Source: a virus (lineage: Duplodnaviria; Heunggongvirae; Uroviricota; Caudoviricetes). Taken from it: a stretch of DNA of 64,000 nucleotides. The notes under the pieces are model-generated. The model made no database searches. It was not told the DNA's origin and saw only the letters and a program-made list of their open reading frames with translations. A program made the translations under genes and the position numbers. The stretch covers positions 1 through 64,000 of the IMG/VR virus record IMGVR_UViG_3300045051_000909. The stretch is one strand, 5' to 3'. Below, piece by piece: positions 1-9,639 of the stretch. The first letter of the stretch is position 1; each line of letters begins with the position of its first letter.

Positions 1-2
1 GG

Positions 3-575
3 CCATGCGGTCGGCGGGTACGCGGGGCATCGTATCGGTGGAGCGTACTAGGGTCGGAGCCCAAGCAGGCGTCTATTTTTGAGCTCGCTTACGAGCTCGG
101 CTGCAAGGCCGCCGCCGCACAGTTCCAGCCTGTCGCGCCGCCGAAGCCCGCCGCTGCGGCGCCTCTCCGCACCGCTGCCACCCCGCCTCCGAAGCTTTCC
201 CAGCCCCCCGCGCCTCCTACGATGCCCCTCGGCATCAAGCCGCCAGCGCCGATGCCACAGATCAATCCACAGCCGATTCCGCAGCTGGCGGGGACGATGC
301 AACAACAACAGACTCAGCAGGCGGTGGCTCAACCGCAGAAGCTGCTTAATGACGCTGCTAAGATCGGTGAGTTTCGTTTAGGTCTGTCCCCAGACCCCAA
401 GCTAGCTCCTGGAGAGATTCGAGCGGATAATGGACGGCGGGTACTGGGTACGAATTTCGACAGCCCGCTCCAGGACAGGCGGGTCTCCCAGGGTTTCGAG
501 GCACTGCGCGTCCAGAAGAACCAGGACATGCTTAACGCCGGTAACGAGGCGTCGCTAGGTGCACCAGGAGTCTAG
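3..575 (+). CDS. partial CDS: 3' portion of a Pro/Ala/Gln-rich hypothetical protein (5' end lies upstream of window)
   Basis: reading frame open from window edge to stop at 573-575; low-complexity Pro/Gln-rich; next gene starts 3 nt later. Confidence 0.4.
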   Translation, partial: PCGRRVRGASYRWSVLGSEPKQASIFELAYELGCKAAAAQFQPVAPPKPAAAAPLRTAATPPPKLSQPPAPPTMPLGIKPPAPMPQINPQPIPQLAGTMQQQQTQQAVAQPQKLLNDAAKIGEFRLGLSPDPKLAPGEIRADNGRRVLGTNFDSPLQDRRVSQGFEALRVQKNQDMLNAGNEASLGAPGV

Positions 576-577
576 GA

Positions 578-1393
578 ATGGCGTTGGGGTTGTCGATCAC
601 GCGGACCATCCCGCTGTTTCCCCATGGAAACTTCGTTCAGTGGGATCTGCTTGATCCTACCGAGCAGGGGACCTACACGTTCGCGGTATACCGTTCGGGA
701 AGCCCCCAGGGTCCGTGGGATCTGCTGGCTGATGACCTCGAGGACACTTACAACCTTGTAGATCGTGTCCCGACTACCAAAGAAAACGACACCAATCAGC
801 TTGCGCTTACACGCGGTATCTTCTATCGCGTCACCGTAGCTTCGCCGAGTGCTGAAGTCGCTGAAGCCGTTTCGGCTGTAGAACCCCGTCTCGATGTTCG
901 TCAGCGTCTCCTCAAGCGCAAGATCCTGCGCGATGAGAGCATCATGCTTCGCAAGCTCAATGGGGTCGAGGTGGCTGTGCTTAAGCGAAAGCACTGGGGA
1001 GACCGCTGCACCAAATGCTTCGACAAGTATACCAAGAACGTGATTCGAGCTAACTGCACCGTGTGCTACGGAACAGGGTTTGTCGGCGGCTACTTTGAGC
1101 CCATCACAACCCTGGCGAAGCGCGCACCCGCTCCGCCCACGACAACGCTTACGCCCCAAGGCAAGCAGGACATCGCGTTGACGCGCGTAATGATGCTTGA
1201 CGCACCTGCGGTCGTAGAAGACGACGTGCTGGTATTCCTACGAGACAATCGCCGCTTCGTTGTAAAAAATGTGGCCTCGACAGAGCTCCAGACGGTGACG
1301 GTGCACCAGACGCTGATGGTAAGTGAAATCCAGCGTGGCTCTATCGAGTACCGGCTCGACGTGGATCCGCTGCGTATCCCGCCACTATTCTAG
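578..1393 (+). CDS. hypothetical virion-module protein with CxxC...CxxC zinc ribbon
   Basis: 271-aa ORF tightly packed after upstream stop; CTKCFDKY...CTVCYGTG motif. Confidence 0.55.
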   Translation: MALGLSITRTIPLFPHGNFVQWDLLDPTEQGTYTFAVYRSGSPQGPWDLLADDLEDTYNLVDRVPTTKENDTNQLALTRGIFYRVTVASPSAEVAEAVSAVEPRLDVRQRLLKRKILRDESIMLRKLNGVEVAVLKRKHWGDRCTKCFDKYTKNVIRANCTVCYGTGFVGGYFEPITTLAKRAPAPPTTTLTPQGKQDIALTRVMMLDAPAVVEDDVLVFLRDNRRFVVKNVASTELQTVTVHQTLMVSEIQRGSIEYRLDVDPLRIPPLF

Positions 1394-1401
1394 GAATTCT
1401 C

Positions 1402-2097
1402 ATGACTCTCAAGGCTGATCCACAGCGCCGCCCTAGACTACCTGAGCAGCAGGCCGATGTTCACATCGGCTCCCCCATCGCGCTTGAGGCGTTGATGACG
1501 GAGATTGTCCGGGAGCGTTTCCGGCCAGGTAACGGGCTAGCCTGGGTCTACGCCGATAACGCTACTCCGCTGGCTACTGAAGCTAACGATCCTGACGCAC
1601 CGCGTCGTATTGTCATCGAACCCTCTTTTAACATTAATGACGAGCTCCGCAACACCCGGCCCGCCATCTTCGTGGAGAAGGGCGAGACGCAAGCCCAGAA
1701 GGTCGCGGTCAACAACTTCGTTGGCCAGGAGCTCAAGTCCGGAACTAAGGGCTTCTACGCTCTCAGCACTGTGCCCGTTGATATTGAAGCAGTGTCGGAT
1801 ACCAAGGGCGAAAGCGCCTTGTTGGCAGATCTGGTCTGGTTCTACCTACTTGCAGGTCGAGAGTCTATCCGAGCCACTTTCGGCATCCATGATGTCTCCG
1901 AACCCCTTCTTGGCCGCACTACCCCGTTCGACTCAGACAAAACGGCCTGGAGCACCAAGGTTTCACTGACCTTGCAGGTGGAGTTTCGTTGGTGGACAGT
2001 ACCCATCTCCCCGCTTCTTCGTGAAATTGTTGTGCGATTTCAACAGTCGGGGGAGACGAATCCGGATGCTTACTTGCTAAAGAGGTATATCCGCTGA
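1402..2097 (+). CDS. hypothetical protein (231 aa)
   Basis: ORF in co-directional block; stop overlaps next start (TGATG). Confidence 0.5.
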   Translation: MTLKADPQRRPRLPEQQADVHIGSPIALEALMTEIVRERFRPGNGLAWVYADNATPLATEANDPDAPRRIVIEPSFNINDELRNTRPAIFVEKGETQAQKVAVNNFVGQELKSGTKGFYALSTVPVDIEAVSDTKGESALLADLVWFYLLAGRESIRATFGIHDVSEPLLGRTTPFDSDKTAWSTKVSLTLQVEFRWWTVPISPLLREIVVRFQQSGETNPDAYLLKRYIR

Positions 2098-2615
2098 TGC
2101 CGTATAAGGACCCGGAATACATGAAGAAATGGCGTGCTGCGAACAAGGATAAGATCGCGGCGTATAACCACGAAGATCACGTCCGGCGACAACAGAATCC
2201 CGCACATCGCGAAAGCAAACGGCAAGCTGCTGCCCGATGGTACGCCAGAAACACGACCCGCATCAAACAAGCCAAGCGCGCCTACTATGACGCGAATAAG
2301 AACCAGTGGCGTAATTCGGCGTTCCGACGAAAGTATGGGATCACATTAGCAGATTACGAGAAGCTCTTAGCCGCCCAACAAAACCGCTGTGCTATTTGCA
2401 GTACGCTGACACCAGGTGGTCGTGGCGAGCATTTTCATGTTGATCATGATCATGCTACCGGTGTTGTTCGCGGCTTATTGTGTCATAATTGCAATCTTGG
2501 TGTAGGCTCATTTAAGGATCAGCCGGAACGGCTAGAAGCAGCGGCTACTTATCTTCGAACCCGGGGTTCTGCCCGAGTAGCCTATACTACTGCTAACACG
2601 CCTTTGGAGGAATAA
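2097..2615 (+). CDS. HNH endonuclease
   Basis: CAIC...HVDHDHATGVVRGLLCHNCNLGVG = canonical H-N-H zinc-finger nuclease motif. Confidence 0.85.
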   Translation: MPYKDPEYMKKWRAANKDKIAAYNHEDHVRRQQNPAHRESKRQAAARWYARNTTRIKQAKRAYYDANKNQWRNSAFRRKYGITLADYEKLLAAQQNRCAICSTLTPGGRGEHFHVDHDHATGVVRGLLCHNCNLGVGSFKDQPERLEAAATYLRTRGSARVAYTTANTPLEE

Positions 2616-2619
2616 CCCC

Positions 2620-4656
2620 ATGGCACTTAGTCGTCCGGTCGTGCTCGTGTACCAAGAGTTCGCGAGCCTCAGCAGCTCCCCGGCTACTCCGGAGCTCAAC
2701 GTTTTGATCGCGGGTCCCGCGTACCACATCCAGGACTTCCTGGATGACCGCTCCAACATCAAGGTTGCGACTACCTACGGCACGCGGAACGCGGCGGCTA
2801 CCGGCTCGTCGGTAGCTCCGCTCAACAATGCCGATGCGGTTGTGGTTGCATCGCCACCGAACAACATCGTCGGCGCAGTCCTCGATGCCGCCAGCGTCAA
2901 GGTGTACCTGGGCGCCCCGGCTATTGAGATCGCCCATGCGGATGATGCTGTGACGGCGCCTGACGTCACCACGATCACCTCCATCTTGGTTGATTTCGAA
3001 GCTGAGGGCGTACTCGCTGGCGACTCGGTGATCCTCACCAAGTTGGGCGTAGGCGACCTGGTCCGCACTGTTCGTTCAGTCTCGGGCAAGGTGATCACCT
3101 GCACCGACGAGATGCCTGCGGCCGGTTACACCAAGGTCCGCGTTGAGCGCACATTGGCGGATGCGCAGGTGCCTGCGAACAAGGTTGTCGTCGCGGGCCA
3201 GACGATCACGGTCAAGGGCGGTCTCACGCTGGAAACCAAGCCGGTCGCCAGCGCGGATGTCTATGTGGCTTACCGGGCGCTGCGAACGGATCTCCAGGAA
3301 GTCCGGTACCTCAACGACTTCAACGCGCTCAAGGGCGTGTTTGGACGTACGCTCTCGAGCGGAACGCTCCACAGCGGCGTCGATGCCCGCAACCCGCTGG
3401 CAGTTGGTGCGATGATCGCGCTACTCAACACCAACACCCCTGTGCAGATCTACGGTATCCCGACGGATGACCTCGCGGGCTACCTGACCATGAAGGCGGA
3501 CATCTCGCCGCGCAAGGACGTGTACGCGGTGGTTCCGCTCACCACGGACTCGAGCGTCGTTGCAGCGCTGAAGGCCGACTTCGAGAATCTCGCGGATCCT
3601 GCTTACGCAATCGCCAACGGCGTTCCGCAGAAGTTCCGCGTCGTGATCGGGTCGGTGGGCGAGCTGCCGACTTACGGCGTGATCGTTGATGTGGCTACGG
3701 ACGGCGAAACGAAGTACGTCAACGGCGAGAGCAGCACCGTCGACTTCTACGACGCCAACGCTACGTTCATCGACGACCATGTTGCCCCGGGACAGTACCT
3801 CGAGGTTCCGACCGACCTGGCAGCCACGAGCCTTGCTTCGAGCCAGAAGTTCGTGGTCGCGTCGGTGCTCTCCAACCAGCGTATCAAGGTCACTGCCGCA
3901 CACGCTGCGCTGGCCGAAGCCACCAACGTCGTTTACCGCATCGTCAAGGCGCTGGACAAGGACGGTCAGGTTAGCGAGCTCGTCAGCGTGGCACAGAGCT
4001 TCCGCAGCCGCCGCTGCGTCCTCTGCTGGCCGGACAAGGTTGACGTCTCGAGCCTGACCGACGGCTCGCTGACTCGTGGTGCGGATGGCGCTGCGGTTGC
4101 CGCAGCCAGCCAGCCCGGCTACTACTTGGCATGCGCGGTGGGCGGCATGACCGCTGGTCTGCCGTCGCACCAGGGCTTCACCAACCTGGGTATCGCGGGC
4201 ATCAGCAAGCTCTACAACGTCAACACCTACTTCAGCGACCGCCAGATCACCCAGATCTCGAACAACGGCTGGCTCGTCTTCCAGCAGGATACCCCGAGCT
4301 CGCTGCCGTACGTCGTCCACCAGTGCACCACCGACCCGTCGACACTCCAGTTCGGCGAGTTCTCGATGGTCAAGAACTTCGACTTCGTGTCGATGTTCTT
4401 CTCCGACATCCTGGACGACTACATCGGCATCTGGAACATTAACCCGGAGACCATCGGGTTTATCGGCGCGGCGCTGTCGGCGGGCGTCGAGAACCTCAAG
4501 CTCCGTCGGCGGGTTCGTATCGGTGCTCCGATCATCGATGCCAAGGTTACGAAGCTCGGTGAGTCGGCGATCTCCGAGGACCGCCTCGAGATCTACATCG
4601 AGGTGGACTTCCCGAAGCCGCTGAACACTGTCGGCCTCCACCTCGTCAGCGTGTAA
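2620..4656 (+). CDS. large virion structural protein (678 aa), function unassigned
   Basis: long ORF in structural block; no NTPase motifs; GC-mirror ORF 3421..4854(-) considered shadow. Confidence 0.55.
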   Translation: MALSRPVVLVYQEFASLSSSPATPELNVLIAGPAYHIQDFLDDRSNIKVATTYGTRNAAATGSSVAPLNNADAVVVASPPNNIVGAVLDAASVKVYLGAPAIEIAHADDAVTAPDVTTITSILVDFEAEGVLAGDSVILTKLGVGDLVRTVRSVSGKVITCTDEMPAAGYTKVRVERTLADAQVPANKVVVAGQTITVKGGLTLETKPVASADVYVAYRALRTDLQEVRYLNDFNALKGVFGRTLSSGTLHSGVDARNPLAVGAMIALLNTNTPVQIYGIPTDDLAGYLTMKADISPRKDVYAVVPLTTDSSVVAALKADFENLADPAYAIANGVPQKFRVVIGSVGELPTYGVIVDVATDGETKYVNGESSTVDFYDANATFIDDHVAPGQYLEVPTDLAATSLASSQKFVVASVLSNQRIKVTAAHAALAEATNVVYRIVKALDKDGQVSELVSVAQSFRSRRCVLCWPDKVDVSSLTDGSLTRGADGAAVAAASQPGYYLACAVGGMTAGLPSHQGFTNLGIAGISKLYNVNTYFSDRQITQISNNGWLVFQQDTPSSLPYVVHQCTTDPSTLQFGEFSMVKNFDFVSMFFSDILDDYIGIWNINPETIGFIGAALSAGVENLKLRRRVRIGAPIIDAKVTKLGESAISEDRLEIYIEVDFPKPLNTVGLHLVSV

Positions 4657-4665
4657 CGGAGCCCC

Positions 4666-5028
4666 ATGACGTCTGGTCTCTCCAAGTTCGCTGCCAATCG
4701 GGCGCCGGCCGCTTTCGGTGCCCGCTTGGTGGAGGAGTTGATCAAAGGGGCTAGGGAGAACGGTTTCGGTCGTCCCGTGAATGTACAATTCGCAGGGTTC
4801 CCCGAAAACTTTTTCAGCGGCGTGAAGATCGCTGCTGAAAAGTTCGCGTTGCAACCAGAAACAATTCGCGATCTACTTGAGGTGGGCGGCCTCGGGATGC
4901 TCGCGATACCTACGATCCACCATATGGCGACTGCCGAGAAGCCGATGGATAAGGCTATGGCAGGAACCGAACTCGCAGGCTTGGGCGTGCTCGCCGCGCA
5001 CCCCCTTCACGGACTCTTGAAGAGGTAA
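4666..5028 (+). CDS. hypothetical protein (120 aa)
   Basis: ORF 10 nt after previous stop, same strand. Confidence 0.45.
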   Translation: MTSGLSKFAANRAPAAFGARLVEELIKGARENGFGRPVNVQFAGFPENFFSGVKIAAEKFALQPETIRDLLEVGGLGMLAIPTIHHMATAEKPMDKAMAGTELAGLGVLAAHPLHGLLKR

Positions 5029-5038
5029 GGAGACGGCA

Positions 5039-5815
5039 ATGGCCAACCCTATCGGCATTACTAAGGGCGTCGTCGGCTGGCACTTCCAGAACCAGTACGT
5101 CGAGCGCGCAATGGACAACGCAGCCTATGAGGCTGCGCACCCTGACGACACGCTGGTTCTAGCAGGCCCGGCACGCTTCGGGTCGATGGATACGTCGGGC
5201 AACAAGTCCGACTTCTCCTCGCTCCTGGCCATTGGCATGCTCCAGTCGATCCAGTTCACCCAGACCAAGCCCACCCAGCCGATGATGGCCATCGGTTCGG
5301 GCCGCTCCTTCTTCGTCTCGGGCAAGGCCCAGACGCAGTGGAACATTGGCCGCCTGTTCGTGAACGGCCGCAACATGCTGCGCGTGTTGTACCACAACGC
5401 CGTGGCAGGCGGTGTCGAGGTCCAGAACTTCGACGACAAGCCGGCGCTCAAGAAGACCAGCCAGTTTTTCGTCAACCTGGACTCCGAGCTCTACTACGTC
5501 CCGTTCGGTCTGGCCTGCTTCTTCCGCAACAAGGCGCATGACTTCGTGGGCGCGTTCTACGCCGAGCTCTGCATGATCAACAGCTACGCCATCGGCGTCA
5601 ACGCTGGCCAAAGCATGATCCTCGAGAACGTCTCGGGCCTGGCTGACCGCCTGCATCCGATGGAGTACAGCACGCTCGCCACAGGCACCCCGCAGGGCGC
5701 TTCGAATGTTCCGAAGAAGACCCTGGACCAGATCCTGGACTTCACGGGCGGCCCGGGCACCACCTCCGGCATGACGGGCGTCAACAACAACGGCACCTTC
5801 GAGCTGAGCGACTGA
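5039..5815 (+). CDS. abundant structural protein, candidate major capsid protein (258 aa)
   Basis: AGGAG-like RBS upstream; immediately followed by the strongest intrinsic terminator of the arm. Confidence 0.5.
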   Translation: MANPIGITKGVVGWHFQNQYVERAMDNAAYEAAHPDDTLVLAGPARFGSMDTSGNKSDFSSLLAIGMLQSIQFTQTKPTQPMMAIGSGRSFFVSGKAQTQWNIGRLFVNGRNMLRVLYHNAVAGGVEVQNFDDKPALKKTSQFFVNLDSELYYVPFGLACFFRNKAHDFVGAFYAELCMINSYAIGVNAGQSMILENVSGLADRLHPMEYSTLATGTPQGASNVPKKTLDQILDFTGGPGTTSGMTGVNNNGTFELSD

Positions 5816-5837
5816 TCAGCAGCAGCTCTACAGTGAC

Positions 5838-5876
5838 CGGGGCCGTTGGACTTGTTCCAACGGCCCTTTCTTTTTG
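5838..5876 (+). terminator. rho-independent terminator (GGGGCCGTTGGA..TTCCAACGGCCC hairpin + T9)
   Basis: GC-rich perfect stem followed by TTTCTTTTT; coordinates +/-2. Confidence 0.7.
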
Positions 5877-5889
5877 ATAGGCTGAGCCC

Positions 5890-7428
5890 ATGCTAAACCC
5901 CCACCTCCCAGACTCCTATGCCGGCGACCGGCAGCGCCCCGATGATCAGTATGGAAATGCGTTGGGGGACCGATCTTCTCGTCGCTGGGATCTAGCCACC
6001 ATTGTCTCCTTCGATGCAGCTACGCAGACGTATCGCGTACAGGCCCAACGTGCAGGTCCGCTCCCTAATGTTCCACGTCTGATTCGTGACCCCGGTGACA
6101 TTGCGGTGCTGGCTGCCGAAACCACCGTGGCCATCCACGATGAGCTGGGGTTCTGGGTTATCGACAGTGTTATCAAGTTTGCGCCTATCTCGCCGGTTAC
6201 AGTGCGAACGTCGCAGGTTACAGAACTGCGAGGCGTCGGTGGAGAAGACCCCGTCTACGCTCCAAAGAGCGACGCCGTTTCGTACGGCAGTCCTGAAGAC
6301 CCCAAGGATCTTCTTGAGGGAGATTGGCTTCGGCAGAGCCCCGACGGGAACCTGGTGGGCGTCCTTGCCGGGGGCGTCAACGTATTGAAGTCTTCGCCGA
6401 TGTCGCAGATCCGCACGCACCAGCTACAGGATCTCGTCGAAATCATCTCGTCCACATATCGCCACCTCACGTCTATGGGTGATCTACGCATCCAGAATGA
6501 CGGGGGCAAGACCTCGCTCATTTGGCGTGCGGGGGCTAATCAAACTGAAACGGGAGCTAACGCGGGGCACTGGACTATCCGGCTCGACGTGGGCGCTACC
6601 GGCGACGTATTCAACTTTGAAGTGACCACTCCTGAAGGCAACACGCTCGCCAAGGTTCACATGAGTGGGGACGGGCGTCTTGAGCTGACGGGTGTGTCAG
6701 GAGTGGATATTACTTCGGGTGACCGCGGACCTATGCGAGAAGACGTGGCGGGTAGCCGTCATACTAAGATTCGCGGTGCCTGGGACCTAAGCGTCAAGGG
6801 CGACAACGATCTTCTCGTGCAGGGCGCGCGCACCGCCGAAGTTGCGAAGAACGACAGTCTCACTGTTGGCAATGATCTAAATGAGAATGTCAGCAACGCC
6901 CGTAACACTTACGTCGGCGGCAAGGCCACCGAGAAGGTGGCAGGTGGTGGTTCTGTTCCGCCGCCTGTTCCAACCCAGGTAGCCAAAGAAATCCAGCTCC
7001 TGAATGGTGGCTACCTGCTCGAGGTGGGCGACCCCGCAAAGGGATCGCTGCCCACCGGCTTGCAGGGAATGAACTTCGTGTCTCACGTCGGTGGTATCAA
7101 CTTCGTAATGATGCCCACAGCGATGCCACCCCCGGTAGGCGCATTCAGTGTCATCACCAGCCTGCCTATGTCCGTTCTTCTAGGTGCGAATGGCGCTGCT
7201 GTGAAGAACCCGTTGACAGGTGGTTACACGATCACCCCTGTGGCGCCATTCGGGGTGATGAAGTACGAACCGTTCATGGCAATGATGACCGCTCTGCTCA
7301 CCTGGCTAGACACGCATGTTCATCCGAGTGCAGTTGGTCCTACCGGTCCGCCGGCAGCCCCGTCGTCTGCGATGATCAATCCACTGATTGCACCGATCCG
7401 CAGCGTGCGCGTCATGGTAGGCATGTAG
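5890..7428 (+). CDS. Gly-rich virion protein (512 aa), tail/spike-class candidate
   Basis: long ORF with Gly-rich beta-rich composition; follows terminator plus -10-like TGATAGGCT. Confidence 0.5.
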   Translation: MLNPHLPDSYAGDRQRPDDQYGNALGDRSSRRWDLATIVSFDAATQTYRVQAQRAGPLPNVPRLIRDPGDIAVLAAETTVAIHDELGFWVIDSVIKFAPISPVTVRTSQVTELRGVGGEDPVYAPKSDAVSYGSPEDPKDLLEGDWLRQSPDGNLVGVLAGGVNVLKSSPMSQIRTHQLQDLVEIISSTYRHLTSMGDLRIQNDGGKTSLIWRAGANQTETGANAGHWTIRLDVGATGDVFNFEVTTPEGNTLAKVHMSGDGRLELTGVSGVDITSGDRGPMREDVAGSRHTKIRGAWDLSVKGDNDLLVQGARTAEVAKNDSLTVGNDLNENVSNARNTYVGGKATEKVAGGGSVPPPVPTQVAKEIQLLNGGYLLEVGDPAKGSLPTGLQGMNFVSHVGGINFVMMPTAMPPPVGAFSVITSLPMSVLLGANGAAVKNPLTGGYTITPVAPFGVMKYEPFMAMMTALLTWLDTHVHPSAVGPTGPPAAPSSAMINPLIAPIRSVRVMVGM

Positions 7429-7430
7429 TC

Positions 7431-7443
7431 TTTACCGCGTAAA
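7431..7443. promoter_or_regulatory. TTTACnnnGTAAA inverted-repeat site (copy 1 of 4)
   Basis: TTTACCGCGTAAA between convergent gene ends; AT-rich palindrome in GC-rich DNA. Confidence 0.45.
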
Positions 7444-7481
7444 AAAAAACAAACCCCCCGAACCATTGCAGGTTCGAGGGG
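7441..7481 (-). terminator. minus-strand intrinsic terminator (CCCCGAACC..GGTTCGAGGGG hairpin, T-run on minus strand)
   Basis: hairpin preceded on + strand by A9 = T-run for minus-strand transcripts from 7738..8235. Confidence 0.5.
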
Positions 7482-7737
7482 TTCGTTCCACGCCGGGCCT
7501 CTGCGCCGTCCGCATGCGCTAAATGGGCGGGCAGCGTGTTGCGGACTTCGGGTAGCCGTCGCTGTGGGCCAGCGAAGCGGTCTTAGTGCGGTTCTTCTCG
7601 GTGCCCCGATGCTTCACCGATACTCTCCTAACGCCGTGCCACATCCCAATGGTCACAACGCCAGGTACAACGAACCACGCCACGGAATATACCCCGCAGT
7701 AAAAGAAAACGCCAGACCTTTCGGGCTGGCGCTTTCT

Positions 7738-8235
7738 CTACTCGGATTCAGCGTGCCATTGCGTTCGCTTCAGCAGAGGCGTAAACGCCCCAACGAGTTT
7801 GCCGCCATCGAAGATACCGATGTTGGACGGATCCCCGTCGGGATTCTGCTCCTCGCTGTAAAGATGGAACGTAGGGTCCGTTAGGACGGAAGTTAGGAAG
7901 TCGTAGAACTGCGGGCGCATGAAGCGCTCGACGTTCTCCGACACCAGCTGCATGACCTCAAGTGCCCCTTCTTCATCGTCTTCCCAGGAAGCACGCATGA
8001 CTTGAGCACGCTCTCCGTCAGTACCTTGCGGCACTTTTTCGTAACGCCACTGGCGCACGTCGACATACGGATCGCTGACCCACGACTCAACTTTGATCTG
8101 GTCGATAGGGTACTCAAGTACGAAGTAAGGCGAATGAACAATGCCGATGCCCTTGTCGGGGAGCATCAAGCAAGCGACTTTCCTATTACGAGGATGGAGC
8201 TTGTTCAACTCCTTAACATCGCGGTCGTCGATCAT
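7738..8235 (-). CDS. hypothetical protein (165 aa)
   Basis: ORF on minus strand; overlaps upstream minus gene end by 23 nt. Confidence 0.5.
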   Translation of the reverse strand: MIDDRDVKELNKLHPRNRKVACLMLPDKGIGIVHSPYFVLEYPIDQIKVESWVSDPYVDVRQWRYEKVPQGTDGERAQVMRASWEDDEEGALEVMQLVSENVERFMRPQFYDFLTSVLTDPTFHLYSEEQNPDGDPSNIGIFDGGKLVGAFTPLLKRTQWHAESE

Positions 8236-8566
8236 CGAGCCGGATCACCGTAGCCCCACCATGAAAGGGGCAATTATGGTCTTCACACATCTCACCGTGC
8301 TCATCCACCGCGTAGGTGTGATAATCCAGTGCTACCTCCTCCAGCTGATCGAGCAGCTTCTGTTCCATGTCCCCGTCTACTAGGTACATGTGAGTGGCTT
8401 CGAGAGCACCCGATACTAGCGTACCCGCCACAGCGCTGCCCAATCGCTCCGGCAGCCGACTCAGCTCGCGACGCTGAGGCGGGCTGCCCTCGCGTAGTCG
8501 ATCTTCGTCGATCTCCATGATGACTACCAACCTTTTGACTGCCATGATTTTCCACATCACCCGCAA
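8213..8566 (-). CDS. hypothetical protein (start uncertain, 8566 or 8545)
   Basis: ORF upstream of 7738..8235 on same strand; promoter-like GTGTATAAGTG ~8620. Confidence 0.4.
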   Translation of the reverse strand: MRVMWKIMAVKRLVVIMEIDEDRLREGSPPQRRELSRLPERLGSAVAGTLVSGALEATHMYLVDGDMEQKLLDQLEEVALDYHTYAVDEHGEMCEDHNCPFHGGATVIRLDDRRPRC

Positions 8567-8738
8567 AGGAGTGACTCGTTGGATGATGGTGGTGATGTGG
8601 TTATCGCAGTGGACACTTATACACTCACGTTCGTGCTGCTGCGTCGATAGGCTCGTAACTCGAGCCTACGTCGTTGCAGAGTCTCCACCCTAATACCAGG
8701 GTTTCCGTTGAAGCACTCTGCACCTCCAAAAATCAAAA

Positions 8739-8771
8739 GAAGCAGGGGGGAGTGTGTGGCCCCCTGCTTCT
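8739..8771 (-). terminator. intrinsic terminator after 8787..9236 (AGAAGCAGGGGG..CCCCCTGCTTCT)
   Basis: perfect 12-bp stem; on minus strand followed by TTTTGATTTTTGG. Confidence 0.6.
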
Positions 8772-8786
8772 ACCGCATGCTCTGCA

Positions 8787-9236
8787 CTACGAGCCCGCGG
8801 CCTCCTTGCGCTTGGCCGCCAGCGCGTTCTTGTTGCTGACGTGCTTCGTCAGCTCCGCGCGCAGCTCCGCCTCGCTCTTCTTGACGATCTCGAGCTCCTT
8901 GATGGCGGTCTCGAGCTTGGCCTTGGTGTCGGCCGCCCCGGTGATCATCTCGTTGTACTTCTCCTGGAGGGAGGTCTTGTCCGTCTGGGCCTGGAGGAGG
9001 GCGTGGCCCACCTGCTCGCGGTCCTGGCGGAGCTTCTCGAGGTCGGCGGTCATCTCGAGGACCTGGTTCTCCAGGCGCAGCTTCGAGTTGGTCACCACCT
9101 TGAGCTCGGCCTCCGTCTCCTTCACCTTCGTGGCGGCGCGCCGCCACAGGTAGGTGAGGGTGCCGGTTTCGGCGGCGACGGCGGCGCCGATGGCGATCTT
9201 GCCCCAGTGCGCTGCGAAGAAAGTTGCGATGCCCAT
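8787..9236 (-). CDS. membrane-anchored coiled-coil protein (149 aa); i-spanin/holin-like architecture
   Basis: N-terminal hydrophobic segment FFAAHWGKIAIGAAVAA followed by long heptad-rich helix; own promoter (GGTATAAGC ~9291) and terminator. Confidence 0.5.
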   Translation of the reverse strand: MGIATFFAAHWGKIAIGAAVAAETGTLTYLWRRAATKVKETEAELKVVTNSKLRLENQVLEMTADLEKLRQDREQVGHALLQAQTDKTSLQEKYNEMITGAADTKAKLETAIKELEIVKKSEAELRAELTKHVSNKNALAAKRKEAAGS

Positions 9237-9342
9237 TTGTAGTCTCCTCCAGGAGATGTTTTCCCGCCGGGAAATCCGTTCGGGTACAATTGCTTATACC
9301 TACCCCCAGTGGGCTTTTTAGAACCCCTGGGGGTATGCTAGG

Positions 9343-9639
9343 GTGATGCCCATGTCCTGGTCTAGAGAGCTTCCATTGGCAGGTACCCTGGCCCAGTTAA
9401 TGCGGGTCCAACTACGGCTAGAACGACTGGCCTTACTCCAGAAATTGCGTGCCGCCGAGACTCAGGCCGCATCCATGGGTGTCCCTGCGGACAAATTCCG
9501 CGAGATCGAACGCACACTGATGGCGATGCCGCTAGGCCCACCCGATGAGCTGGAATTGCCACCCCCAACGCCTAAGCCGGCTAGCAGCGATTCTGTGGAG
9601 CATCTAGCTGTGAGCACGAATCCTAGGAGCACGTTCTAA
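9343..9639 (+). CDS. hypothetical protein (98 aa)
   Basis: ORF preceded by GGGTATGCT -10-like; stop overlaps next start (TAATGG). Confidence 0.45.
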   Translation: MMPMSWSRELPLAGTLAQLMRVQLRLERLALLQKLRAAETQAASMGVPADKFREIERTLMAMPLGPPDELELPPPTPKPASSDSVEHLAVSTNPRSTF